Assembly: GCA_030141605.1 (NCBI GenBank)
Contig: JAQGDQ010000011.1
Location: forward strand, 616,066-680,065
Reading direction: 5' to 3'
Origin: Tubiluchus corallicola
Lineage: Eukaryota > Animalia > Priapulida
Length of the DNA stretch: 64,000 bases
Numbering within the stretch: the first letter of the stretch is position 1; the number at the start of each line of letters is the position of its first letter. Below, in pieces: positions 27,301-39,886 of this stretch. The notes under the pieces were generated by a model. That model did not search any database. It worked only from the letters and a program-made list of their open reading frames with translations, and had not been told where the DNA came from. A program made the translations under genes and the position numbers.

Positions 27301-30300
27301 ACGGCATCTTCCTTTGTTGGCAGACGGATTCTGGTTCAATCCAAATCAAGGCTAAATTCCAAATTTTTCACATTTCCTGTCTCTCAAGTTTGGTATCAAA
27401 ATTTAATTAATTGTGGGTTTGTAACATAATTAATAATAATCTTGACATTAATGCTATAATGATAATAATAATAATAATAACAACAACAACAATTAAATGA
27501 AGCTTATCTTCTCTACTCAGAAAAAATACTTTGCACAAAAGATTGAGGACATTCTTGTAATCCACTTTCCATGGAAAGTTCGTTACATTTCTTGAAGGAA
27601 CGTACAAGTCATGTACAGGTTTACGATTTGGAAAAATGTGCATATGACAAGTTACGTATCTGCAAAGACATGTTCCATCGTTGTCTTCAAAATACGCCTT
27701 GTTTAAAACTTTGTTGAAAATGCTCGCGGTATCTTTATTGCAAGACTGACAGAATTTCAAAAATTATCATCGTATTGCATTTAACACACGCTCAACTTTT
27801 AAAAATGCTTTACTGCAAACTCAAATCGTACGTGACAAAATTCCAGGATAGGTATTTACTGTTAGAATTCCTGCACCAGAATAGCTGTTCAATGTTTGCA
27901 GCCAATGAGTGTTTTTGTTTGGACCACGTGACTAAGCGAGTGGTAAATAATTAAACGAAATAGCTATTTACAAAAGCTAGCCGATTTAGAATTATTTTCA
28001 TTTAAAAAGCTAAATAAACTTCCGGTAAGTTGAAACGAATTTAATTTCTTTGTTTTGGGCGAGATTAATCTTCTTTCTGACTGCAATGCAATGCTAATTT
28101 TCAGGGTGTACTTAATGCAATTTGTTAAAGTGGGACCGGGACCTAGCTCGTTATTAAGGCTAATCTTTTAAGATGAGACAGTGAACCAACAGGGGTGACT
28201 TAGCTATGTTTTAATGTGTATAAAGTCCCTCAACGAAACACATCTAGGAGGCTGGATTACAAATGAACCAACCAAAAGCATTTTTCGAAGGTGTCACAAG
28301 TGCACGTTTAATTAAATTTCGATACCAGTTAATTAATTAGTTAGAATAGTGCGAGTGATCTAACATTGGAAATGTTGAATTCGGTTGTCCAGCTAAGGGG
28401 TGAACTTTGAACTACGTTGAACCCTGGAGAATACAGTGGCCGAGTGGTCTAAGGCATCTGCCTTGTAACCAGAAGGTATCTTGTTCAAATCCAGACTGTA
28501 TCCCAAATTTTCACACTTTCTGCTTTTCAATGTAGGTATCAAAACTTAATTATTTGCGGGATTCTGCCAGGTACGATCAAATTGCTATAGGTAACTTACC
28601 AAGGATCAGATTTTTCTGTGAAAACTAGTAATCTGTGTGACTTATACTCATATTGTATCTTCAGTTGGGTTTCTCTGGAATTATCCCTGATATGCAAGAT
28701 AGTTGCGTTAGCCGAAGGATTACCAAACCGAGGATTCACCATCCGGAAGCACACGGTCCAGCTTTTATATAATCCGGGAGTGACATCTTCCGGAAGGATT
28801 TCCAGAAAGTCGCTATCATATCCCGGAAACGAAAAGTCGTAAACGTCCGGATCGATAATGGCGCATGGTAGAGTATCTAAGAATAACCAGATAATAATTA
28901 GTGTGCAAGAAGCTTTTTTAAAGGTCAGATACAGTTTACTTTATGAAGTTTTGGTTTACACAAAAAACAGAAAAATGCTCTAACTAAGGTTTTCTGATAT
29001 TTTTGACTTTTTCTTAATGGTTTACATAAGGAAAAGTCGAGTATGTGTCTTTTCCGAAAAAGTCTAGAACTTGATTTCGCGCGTCTTACTCGTTAGACGA
29101 CGCCAGCGAAATGCACGCCTTAGTTACAGCAGCATTCGCGATTAGTTATCACACGTGTTACATTTCGTTGTAAAGCATTGTTTACAAATTCAGCATCACA
29201 GAAACGACGCGGTAAACATGGAAGTCGTTGCTGAACCGTTGATTCTCTTTTAATTGGAGAAAACTTGTTTTTACGTTAAACAATTTAAATTTGGCCATTA
29301 AATAGGCCAGTGCGGTAGTGTCCTATAACACGAGATAGAGAAAATGATCTTTATTTAGGCTTATTATTATAATGTAATACGATAAAGAGAAATTAGAAAG
29401 CGAGAGAGAGTGGAAGACAGAAAGAAAGAAAAAGAGAGAAAGAAAGAGTGACAGAGAAAGAGAAGGTGGCAAACAAGAAGAGGGGAAGAAAAAGAAAGAA
29501 TGGGAAAGAAAGGGAGAGAGATAGAGTGAGACAAATAGAGAAAGAGAAAGAGAGGGGAAAACAAAGTGACCAAGAGAGGAGAAAGAAAAAGAGAGATAGA
29601 GATAGAGATAGAGAGGCAGAAAGAGAGAGAGGAGGAGGAGAGAGAGAGAGGGAGAAAAGAGAAAGAGTGTGAATTGAAAGAGAGAAGCCTAACTGGCCCA
29701 ATATTAGCAGATTGTACTGAGCAATGAATAGTAGAATACTAGTACAAGGATTATGCGTTAAAACAGTTTAAATAATTACTCAGTCTCTAATTACTGCTAA
29801 TATAGTTTTCGTGAAACAAACGAAAAAGAAATTAAAAACTCGCATGTAAACGCTAATTATTAGATTGTAACATACCTTTAAAAAGTTTTATTGATTGGGG
29901 AACCCTTTTGAACTTTCCACCTCTGTTTTTGGCCACACATTCCTGTAAAAACGTACGTGTACATCAAACAAAAATAATTTACAAAAATTCTCATTTATTT
30001 TTTCGAATTAATGTTGGCCCAATATAACAAATAAAGCACCACATTTTTATTCACACGCATATGCGGTATCAATAATTTCCACTGAATCGTTTGTATAAAT
30101 TTTGTACTTTTATAATTTGTATAAAAATATAACTATATACTTCAAAAATGAAAATAAATAATTAAGTTTAGCTATGGCATTAGTTTAACTAAATATTACG
30201 ACGTTTAAATCAATGTAGCTTCAATAAGCGCCACAGTAAAATTTTCACTAAGCTTTTCATAAACGCAATTGAAGAGTTGCTGTTCTTAATGCAGCAGCTC

Positions 30301-30411
30301 AAATGCCTGAGCTGTAATTAACACCTATTAATAATTAGCGGCTGATAAGCCTAATCATTATTTTTTTACCTGTAAAAACACCGCACACAGTAACAACAAG
30401 TAAAGCTTCAT
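24317..30411 (-). CDS. Secreted pentraxin/LamG-like domain protein with C-terminal Gln/Tyr/Gly/Pro tandem-repeat tail (~585 aa, 7 exons)
   Basis: Exons 30411-30370, 29942-29876, 28876-28600, 27058-26953, 26407-26216, 25702-25622 and 25309-24317 are all GT-AG and phase-compatible (1758 nt). Signal peptide MKLYLLLLCAVFLQECVA. Pentraxin motifs: FSFPG..SDF, SWTVCFR, DGQCRHVCLTMDG..AHFDG, FRGIISDLNIF, IAVLAN...GDILKWSD. Confidence 0.88.
24380..24700 (-). repeat. Coding tandem repeat, 24/36 nt units (GSPQYVGQ / GSPQGSPQYVGQ)
   Basis: Repeated accttgtccaacgtactgaggg units within the last pentraxin-gene exon. Confidence 0.9.
28430..28503 (+). pseudogene. tRNA-like cloverleaf (anticodon loop CTTGTAA, TGT/Thr) with stem mismatches, inside a ~200 bp intronic repeat
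   Basis: Acceptor (a)atacag/ctgtat(c), D arm gcc gagtggtctaa ggc, anticodon stem tctg/caga, T arm tcttg ttcaaat ccaga; about three mispairs. TTTT lies just downstream. Degenerate copies at ~27214-27416 and ~26700-26790. Confidence 0.6.
29390..29690. repeat. GA-rich low-complexity tract
   Basis: Imperfect (GA/GAAA/GATAGA)n in intron 2 of the pentraxin-like gene. Confidence 0.9.
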
Positions 30412-30454
30412 TTTCCAAACTGTCCAACTTTCGCCTATTTTCACTTTTGTGTCG

Positions 30455-30462
30455 CTTTTATA
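30455..30462 (-). promoter_or_regulatory. TATA box of the pentraxin-like gene
   Basis: TATAAAAG on the minus strand ~45 nt upstream of the ATG at 30411. Confidence 0.55.
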
Positions 30463-31954
30463 CGACGACTCGATTGACTGGGTAACAAAAATGTCAAGTC
30501 AAGCATTTCACTTCCTATCATATTATTATAATAATAATCATGAGAACTTTATTATATAACTGGCGAGTCAATTAATCGTTTAAGAATGCGCGAGGCGTTG
30601 CGTAAAATTCCTGAATATTATACAATATTTTGCTACATTTCGCAACCTCATTGTGCACTAAATAACAATACAATACAGAGCCTCTCATAAGTCACTATGC
30701 ACATTACATTTTCTATATTTTTTAGCAATCAAACCAAAATGTTTGAAAATTGGTACACATGACCTAAAATCTTGAGTGATTCTTTAAGTCAAATTAGACA
30801 AAAATCTGGGAAAAGCTACTGCACTTGTAGGCTTTGCTAATTTCACTATAATTTTCAGGGACATCAAGAGACTTAGAGACCAATCCAATGACAAGTCAGG
30901 CATCTTGCATAGGGAAAATCTCTTAAATGTGAGAGAATAGTGTGGTTCATATGGTGCTCTGAATTTCCACTAAACTTCAGTTGGGGATTGAAGGACCTCA
31001 TTCATGGCTGATTTTGCACCTCATTTCTAATATTACTGTCATCGTCATAACAACAGGGTTCCAATCAAACAATTCCAGTCAAACAATAAATAAAAAGAAT
31101 TGTCAACGTATTTTTTGATTCATGTAAGAGCTCCTCGAGATTAGAGAAAAATTTAATTAGAAAATCAAAAGACAAAGTGTGTAGTGACTTTTGAGACACA
31201 CTGTACTCGTGATGTTGTAAAAATGTGCATGTATTATATTGTGTTAGTACACAATTATACAAGATAGATCAAAAACAACCTTTCGTTGACGTTTCATAAC
31301 TTTTGCGTTGTAGCATGGAAAATGCTTACAAGCGTATAGTAAATGATTGAAGTTTTTCGAGTAATCATTTATTAAATACTAAAACAAAAAATTTAAATTG
31401 AAAAGCTTCTGGAAAAATAAATGTTTTCTTTATGATTATGACCATGGCAAGTCTCAGATCTTATTTAATGAAGGTTTATAATTATAATCGAAATTTCTGA
31501 TATTCTGCTAACATCTGTTACTGTACGCTAAACACAAGCACTGTACTAGCCAAGAGTAATTACCGCTCACTGATAATGTATCTCAGAAATTATTTTAGAA
31601 TTGTCTAGAAAAGGTTATAATTTTTTATAAACTAAGTTATTTTTTGGAAAAATGAAACTGGAATTCAAATTCTTATATGTTTAAAAATGTTACTTTTTCA
31701 AATAAGATGCCAATAACGTACGATGCGGCAAATCATTTGCATGACAAATTTTATTTAGTTATCATCGCAAAATGAGTTGTCTTAATTCAAATTAAAATTA
31801 GATTAATTAGGCAAAAATATAAAATAAGCAAACTGTGTTTTCGTGTCTTTATGTGTGTAAATGTTTGTAAATGTTTGTAAATCATCTATCTTTTTATGTT
31901 GGATCTGAACTCTTCCAATTCTTCACAACTGTTGAATTTTGAATATTCATAGCC

Positions 31955-32142
31955 TGATGCTGCTGCTGCTCCCGATGATTATGATGATGTTGATGATGAC
32001 GACGATGAGATGATCATGCTGATGATGACGACGATTATGATAATTATGGTAATGATGATGTTGATAATGATGATGATAATGATGTCGACGACGATGGTGA
32101 TGACGACGACGACGGTTATGATGGTGAGGGTAATATGATGAC
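31955..32142. repeat. Imperfect (GAT/GAC)n microsatellite
   Basis: Direct trinucleotide tract; source of the His-rich ORF. Confidence 0.9.
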
Positions 32143-32911
32143 AACAGATTTTGGATTTTTAAGCATATGAGTCTTCTTTCTCGACCGGTTGTACTTATAT
32201 TTGACTTTTCCCTAGGCTTTACAAATAAAATGTTATTAAAATAAAGACTATTTTAGCGGTAAAATAAAATTTTCATGATTTCACTAAAGCTACATTTCAT
32301 TAAGGATATTTTACCATTGTACGGACACAAGTTACTAGTACAACCCTGTTCACTTCCTGATTATATAAATCAAGTTTTATAAAATTTGTCCCATACTTTC
32401 AATCACATTTCCGTGATGTCACCAGTAGTGGCGCCCCCTGGCTATAGGCTGAAGAAATTTACAAACCAGACAAGTTTTACCAGGCGACAGAATTGCGTAA
32501 ATATGTAAACAAATATGTTTGACAACGGGTGAAATTCAAAAAATATTTGCTCCAGTGAATCCAGTAGGTACCTACGATCTACTGACTTTCTTGCCTTGCT
32601 GTTACATCAAACAAAATCTTGAACAAATGAGAATTCGTGAGGCAACTGATTCTACTATTATATTGATCATTAAATTGAGGCCAAAGGTCATCGAGGCCAC
32701 AGATCATAGGATTGATTTACAGTTATAATAAGTGTAGAATTCAAGGGAATGCTACGTCTTAGCAATCTGCACTAGGATTATTCTTTCTGTGTACGAAAAG
32801 CGCTTGTGATGTGTTAGCAACAATGTGCAAATGTAAATAGCAAACATAGCCATCAGAATCGTTTTATTAAGCAAAATAGTCATCATGAAGAGGTGCTGCT
32901 GTAAATTTCTA

Positions 32912-33257
32912 GGGGTGTTTTTTCTAAAAGTGAGCAACATAGTCAGTCTTATCAAATTCACGTCCTGAATCCGAAAAAAAAAACTGTTGCCATTTTAACG
33001 CAGCCGCCATTTTTTGAATTAAATTCACAGAAATGCTTAAAGCCAGCTACCCGGGAATAGATGTCATAGTCTATCGCAGTTTAATGTTAAATTTCGGAAT
33101 TTCTTTTCAGTTACACTATTTTCGCCAGAATTTGGCAGCTGATTTGTTTTTTGCACTTTTAACTCTTTTGCAAATGTTTTTTTCAATCTGGCAACAGTGT
33201 TTTTAGATTCAGCATAGTCGACACTGACTATGTTGCCCACTTTTAGAAAAAGACGCC
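32912..33257. mobile_element. MITE with ~36 bp terminal inverted repeats
   Basis: ggggtgttttttctaaaagtgagcaacatagtcagt pairs with actgactatgttgcccacttttagaaaaagacgcc. Inner ctgaatccgaaaaaaaaaactgttgcca pairs with tggcaacagtgtttttagattcag. Confidence 0.75.
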
Positions 33258-33865
33258 TCCAATGTTCCACTTTTCTGAAGATTCGTTTAATCTAATGGTT
33301 GGAGCGTAAAACCAACAGCCAGAAACACCAATTAAACAACAATGATAAAATTCTATATATTGAATGGACCTCATATTAACAGCACCGAAGTTTTAGTTAT
33401 TACACTAGCCGGAGAAGGCGAAGAAGGAATACGGTACGTCAGTGCGGTGGGGTCGCCAACCTTTCACGCACGGCATGTCGTTGTCACAGTTTCATGCTGG
33501 CTGTAACCATAGATATAATAAAATTATAACAATGCGCACAACAGGAAGTGCACATCTATGTTGTCATTGTATCAGTAAATTCTCTGTCAACTGTCATTTA
33601 TTATAAACGTGGAACAGACGATGACATTAGGAGTCATAGTGACCGCTTAGTAGTTGCGGAATTAGATATTTAACGGCTGTGAAATTTAGTTGATTTTATA
33701 TCTGTGATTGTAAAATGATAAAAGTTTTAAGTGGGACAAATTGATTCTTGAATACACTGCAATTCTTCATAACATTTCTCACGATGTATAATTTACGTAT
33801 AGCATTTCGCACTTACAAATTTGGTTAGTTCTTAGATTAGAATGTTTGTTCTTCACTTTGGGTCA

Positions 33866-34010
<145 letters not shown>

Positions 34011-35454
34011 AATTCTGTTCCGGCATAAAAAAGTCATGTGCTGATTCTGGCTATTTACTTGGTAGACGGAGGATGTATAGACATTGAAACGTTTTCGAGA
34101 CACCTCCGCTATTAACACCACAGTTAAGGCACCTCTGGCCGCTAAGTGGCTCACTTTAGACGAATATTCTTGATACTGAGACAGGCTCCAGTCTTACCAC
34201 AAGCCTCTCCCTGAGTAGCCCGCTCTGCTGAACTTTCAAGGCTGAACTGTAGCGGGACGAGATGCATAAAAACAATAAATTAATAAATAAATCACGTGAA
34301 ATCAGAGAATAACATAAAAGTCTAAGAAAACACTCTTCATAAATAAAGCTTAAAAAACCATCCTTAGATGTTATATCACTTACACGTAAATGCTGTCTTA
34401 TCGCACACAGAGCTTGTATTAAACTTGTAAATTTAAATCCCCGCGATGACCGTTGGGCGCAGCCGCTTTGGCGGTTGGTCGTTTACAACAAGTTTAGATA
34501 ACATTGCGTAGAGTTTGAAAAAAATAATCATATTATTCATAGCACACTCTTCACTAACCAAGCAAAAGTATAAATTACTTTTTATGTTACTTAAGTAAGA
34601 TGAACAATGTATTTTCTTTTGTGAACCAGTGGTACACACTGGGATGGTGATGCAGTGCCATTTTACCTGGTGGCGCAAATATTTAAAATTATTAAGAATT
34701 TTCTTATCCAATTACATAAGTCGTCAAACAGGTAAGTATAATAATAAGTAGTGTAACAGTGTGCGGAAAGTTCCTTTGGATACATTTTAAAATTCCTATT
34801 TCTTCGTCTCTAAAAAATTGTTTTCTGCTAACTTTTAAACAAAACAAGTAAATGACAATAATCAAAATCATTAGAACCAATGAGTGACGTAATAGTTTAC
34901 AGTGGCACCCCCTGTCCGCAAACGTTATTACAAGTATTGCATTTATTGCAATAAAAATACATATCAACAATAACAGTTTAAAGAATGAAAGCTGTCAGTC
35001 TTCAGAACATATTTCTTCCACCTGCCAGATATCTACAATAGGCGTAACAGCTTTCGGCGGCTTTGCACTAATCTAAAATAAATCGTTTCCTTGTACAAGA
35101 TGGGAGCTGCTATTGGTTGAAGATTTATAACTGTCTGTAGTTCTCATAATATTATGAGGAAAAAGACGGAAGACGCGGGCGATTACCCTCAATTATGTGA
35201 CATTTGGAAAAATTCCAGGGAGATTTCCAGTTATGTTGATTGTCACGATCGTTTTAAGTATCAAGAATAAAGACGACAAGCTTTTAACTTGAGGTTACTT
35301 TAAAAAGTCCTGACAGCACTTTTTCTCCATAATTCCATTAGCTGAAAATGTACTTCTTAAAATAGCATTACAAAAATATTCTACAATTTACAATTTTAAA
35401 CGCGTTTGGAATGTTGACTCAGTTCGTTGTAGGGTGATATGAAGAATTGTGAGA

Positions 35455-36165
35455 GCAAAGCGAGTACTCGGCCACCAAAGTTTAGCAACGCTAAGATTAG
35501 CTGGTAAATGAACGGGTGACCAACCACGAAAAATTATTTCCCTCATTTAAGGGAGGTCTTACAAGCATCTGAGAGTGGCTACACAGTTTCTGGTGGTTCA
35601 GTATCTCTTCTTGGAGGACTAGCTCTACTAAATAGCTTACTCCCAGTCCTGCCGCAACTATCAAAAATAAGTCTTCCCTGCCATTAAACCTTTTACGCGA
35701 TGGATATCTGCTTGCATACGTTGAAATCTATAAATGATAAAAAGTGGTTTGATAAAAAATTAACACCAAATTTTTATTTCAGTTTTAAATGGTTTTATCA
35801 TGGAAAATATTAATTTTTAAGGACCATTAAGAGATTGCAGAAATTCTGCGAAACTAGCGATTTAATAACCACAAATCGTTAATAGCTGAGTGATATCGTG
35901 CGTGTGCTTCTCATCCAAATATAAGCAACACCGAAGCTAGACAGTAAATGGATAGGCGGCCGCCTTCAATACTCCCTGTGAGTAGTTTTATTTGTCGTAC
36001 TGATTTAGGCTGTTAAAGATGTACGTACCTCCTAATGGGAAAAAGACACTACTGCTCATACTAAGGGTTGCCGTTGATAATGAACTAGGTTTCAGTCTTG
36101 CCACAAGTATCATTATTAAGCAGCTGTGCCGTTGAATTTGCAGTGTGCTAAGAGTATAAAAAAAT
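35455..36165 (+). mobile_element. Two further copies of the tRNA/5S hybrid SINE (~35455-35690 and ~35880-36165)
   Basis: ccaaagtttagcaacgctaagattagctggtaaatgaacgggtgacc, and tagctgagtgatatcg...ataagcaacaccgaagctagacagtaaatggataggcggccgcc. Other copies lie at ~34090-34290, 43080-43350, 46575-46620, 47352-47545, 48355-48570 and 52575-52640. Confidence 0.65.
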
Positions 36166-36639
36166 CTATTTTGTATTACAAGAAAAATCTCTGTGTATAT
36201 ATGTAATAGTCCCTGGTCTATGCGACAAACAAGAATTCAGCAAAGTTAGCAAGTTTTTCAGGAATGTATTCAGTGGGACTTAATAAATAGTCTAGCTGAA
36301 AATTTGTGTCTACAAAATAGTGCAAAACTCTCGTTGCGGATCAAATCAAACTTTAATTCAAGTCGGGTTGAATAACACCAACGCTATAACCCCTGTGAGC
36401 ATAAGCAGATTTAACGGTACATTTGTTCTTGCTTTGCTAGATAGCGCCACATTACTGACAATGTTTTTCATAGGAGTGCCTCGGGGTGACTGTACATTTC
36501 ACTTTATAGTTTTCACTAAGGACAAAGTTATACCATTAAAAGACCTAGGAAAGCACAACTGCACGATTCTTGATCCTAAATTAATACCAGCTGAAGTAAG
36601 ACAAGAACACAGTTACAGCTTTCTACAAAGTATGTCAAC

Positions 36640-37820
36640 TAATCTACTATCTCTGTGCAGTATGCTGATGATGTGGCATGGATTGCAAGAAACAAAGAAG
36701 AATTAAGCTTTTTCTCAGTTTTGTTGTGCACACGTGCAGTTGCTGTAGGTCAAAGGTTAAGTGTACCACAGCAAGGCATCTTAAGTACAACCATCATGTG
36801 ATATGTGGGTAAAGCAAAACCGTCTGGTGCATCAATTCAGTAACGTCAGTTGCTTTACATAGACTTTACTTAATTATGCATTAGTCTGAGCGTATAGTGA
36901 TTTACTAGCATGATTTTGCTTGGGGACAGTCAAAAATGAACCGGCTAAGGTTCTAGCTAGCTGTTAAAACTGTTACTCTTACAAAAGCATGGACTGCGAG
37001 GCATACACATCAAAGGTTAAGTGTACACAAATGCGTTGTCTAGTACACTTAACCTTTGACCTTTTCACGATCATCATCTGTCGCTGGAACTATAAAAGGC
37101 TTATTAGATGAAAACAAATTCAATTATAAGAAAAACTGAAATGAATGGATCTTATAATAGACAAAAATAAAACTAGAGTTTCACAAAACATGCCATGGTG
37201 ATGAATCATGGAAAAATGCAACCATCTTGGTAGTTTGCTGGCAACAGAAGAGGACGTAACAAGACAAAGATGATGGCATTATCAGCATATTCAAAAATCA
37301 CAAAAATTTTTGAGAATAGGAAGATTTGTTTGAAACAAAATTAGAATATTCTCAGCCTTTGTTTAAATTGAATTTCTCTACAACTCTGAGCTCTGGACAT
37401 TAAAAGCAAATCATACAGCTGAAAATGATACGTTTCAAAGGCGAAATGACAAAGGGCAAATTAAATTTTCAAATGGCCAAAGAAAATCTCAGATAAAGAT
37501 GTGTATGAAAAAATAAAAGAAGAACCTTGGACAAGAAAAATCAAAAGACGCCGTTTAAGATAGATTGAGCATACGTTTAGATTACCTGATGATAGTCCAG
37601 GGAAGATAGCTTTTCAGTAAGCCATAGAACCAACCAGAAAACCTGAATGGGGACAAATGTTAACATATTTAGATTTTGCACGGAAAGATTTAAACACTTC
37701 TGCACTGATCTCTAGAGATAAATGCACTTGGGGCATTGCAGCAAATAGGGAGTCCTGGCATAAAGAGGTGAGCAGAATCATGTCCCTAGACGTATGATTC
37801 ATTGGATGATGATGATGATG
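36640..37820 (+). mobile_element. Decayed RTE-clade LINE 3' portion, interrupted by an insertion
   Basis: QYADDVAWIARNKEEL (RT YADD motif, ~36658), LGSLLATEEDV, LYNSELWTL and EEPWTRKIKRRRLR..H..RLPDD motifs, ending in a (GAT)n tail. Confidence 0.85.
36747..37062. mobile_element. Insertion with 20 bp perfect inverted repeats and a terminal hairpin, nested in the RTE relic
   Basis: aggtcaaaggttaagtgtac (36747-36766) is the exact reverse complement of 37043-37062. A third partial copy lies at 37010-37026. Confidence 0.75.
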
Positions 37821-39296
37821 GTGTCTAACATAATCATGAAATTCGCAAGTTAAATCGCCATGCTGTGAGAGTGAAGTTTCATTTTCTTGATTTTTTTGAA
37901 ATATTTGCACCATTAAATCCTATACATACCATCACCATCTTAAAATGATCCTATTTTACCTTCACAAGTTCCTAACAGTAGATATATTTAAGTCTTTTTA
38001 TGGCCTGCTACCATCTACAGACTTACAGGCAGCATTGATGTAATGATTGTAAGATGTGTTGCAACTTATACAGGAGTCGTACTTTTAACCTAGAATCACA
38101 TAACAATCTATATTTATCGACTATCAGTATTTTGTAAATAACACGTATGTGTTACGGCGTGCTCCAGAACGTCTGTACTGAACTATCGACGAACTTAAAA
38201 ATGAGAACGCCAACCTCGGCTAGAAAATCAGGTGATTTGTGTGAACATTCTAGGCACATGCGGCAGCCGACAAGCGCGAAAAATCCGGTAAACACCTTAA
38301 AAAACAGGATGATTTTTCATATCCTGTTCTATTTTGAAGTATGGTAAAAAGTATACATTGTAACACCTGTGACAATGCCATAGCGTTTCTGTTAATTTTA
38401 AATAATAGCTCATTCTCCACAGGCAAGCTCAGCTAGTGACATCACCAATGAACATAATTTTCAAAAGCACAAACATTCATGAGCATGTTGAATGTGTTTG
38501 CGAAAGCGAAAATTGAAGTATAGGACTACTGTACAACATTCAATATGACATGCAAAAACTCGTCAAATGGTTAAGTTTAAGTTTAAAATTTAAATTCCAA
38601 GTTTGCCTGAGTTCACGCATCTGCTCCCGAACGTGTGTACTACGTCACAACTGAACATCTCCGAAATGAGAGGGTGCAACACCAGTTTTTGTGCAACGCG
38701 TTTGTACGCGTTAGTGTCATCTAACTAGCGAATAGCAAAATGTATGTAATAGCGAAAAACTGGCCATCGCTAAGTGACAAGTGGCTATCCTTGGGAACAA
38801 TTCTTTCATTCTTAAAAAAATAATATGCCACTTTCAATATTTCATAGGATAGGTTGTTGTCTGCGCATATGCAAATCGGAAAAACCAACAGCAAACTGGG
38901 TAAGCCCATTAATATCGGACGATATTTAATATAGGACATAGTTATCACGTCCCTGACCAGGCTGGCCCCTGGTTAAACCGGGCCAATCTTCGAAAAAGCA
39001 AATGTTTAAGCGGCGATGAAGCAAGCCAGCAAGCAATACAAAAAATGTCTTGTCATTAAATGTTGCCTAATTATTGAGTAAGTCTTATATTTCTGACATC
39101 AATTTCTCTTTTTTAAATTAACAATGTACAAATCAGAATTCGATAATGCTAGTTACGAAAACAGAGACAGGCAATAATCCTCCACCTGGGTCCACCACTG
39201 CCGGTGAGTCCAACATTTGGCATCACGGCTCGGCTGTGCAAAATATGCAAACACTCGCTGTCAACTTAAACTGGATCAGGGGTTTTCCCATTTGCC

Positions 39297-39304
39297 TATA
39301 TAAA
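39297..39304 (+). promoter_or_regulatory. Candidate TATA box upstream of the sHSP
   Basis: TATATAAA ~180 nt upstream of the sHSP start region. Confidence 0.4.
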
Positions 39305-39479
39305 CGCAATTTTGTGAAATTCATTTAGTGTAATCACTGACAGCGCATAAACGTCTACCTATGAATTTGAATATTTTGCGTGCATAATTTATCAAATCAA
39401 AATTCGTGAACCACTAATAAAGAACGTTTATCTGTTTGACATTAAGATTTGTCCGAAAGGCGTAGGCTTAGACGACAAC

Positions 39480-39886
39480 ATGTCAATTGTATTTCGATAT
39501 GTATGGCTCTCACGACTCCGTCTTCGAACCTGGTATTGGACCCAGGTGTGGAATGGTGACCAAAGAAAGCACAGACGATCAGGGGCAGAAGAATTTCAAC
39601 ATGCATTTCAATCTTAGGGGTTACAAAAAGGAAGAAATCCACATTACTGTTCATGGAAAGACACTGGTGGTTGATGCCAAACACGACGAAATCATGGATA
39701 ATGGAAGAATACATAAAGAATTTAATAGAGCCGTTCAGGTTGCCTGATAATGTGGACATACAGAAGATGACGTGGAATTTCCAGCAGGGGATATTGACTA
39801 TTCAAGTGCCATTGACAGCTCGACCTGTCATGGAAAGCCTGCAACAGAGGACAACTAATCCAATAAATATAATAATTATTAATTAA
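39480..39886 (+). pseudogene. Small heat-shock protein (HSP20/alpha-crystallin domain), frameshifted
   Basis: FNMHFNLRGYKKEEIHITVHGKTLVVDAKHDE...IHKEFNRAVQ continues in the +1 frame as LPDNVDIQKMTWNFQQGILTIQVP; removing one G at 39739 restores AVQLPDNVD. The in-frame ATG is at 39499, and an MSIVF start at 39480 is out of frame. Intronless. Confidence 0.85.

Noticed and set aside
27407-27760. ORF with an AG acceptor at ~27660 as an extra pentraxin exon
   Set aside because: Joining it to the upstream exon creates TGA. The exon at 27058-26953 gives the correct HxC motif in phase.
32423-32441. CTCF-like motif ccagtagtggcgccccctgg
   Set aside because: A single short match that also resembles hAT-type terminal repeats; not supportable without ChIP or conservation data.
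35880-35990. 5S rRNA gene
   Set aside because: Only the 3' half is 5S-like, it is heavily mutated, and it is fused to a tRNA-like head and SINE body.
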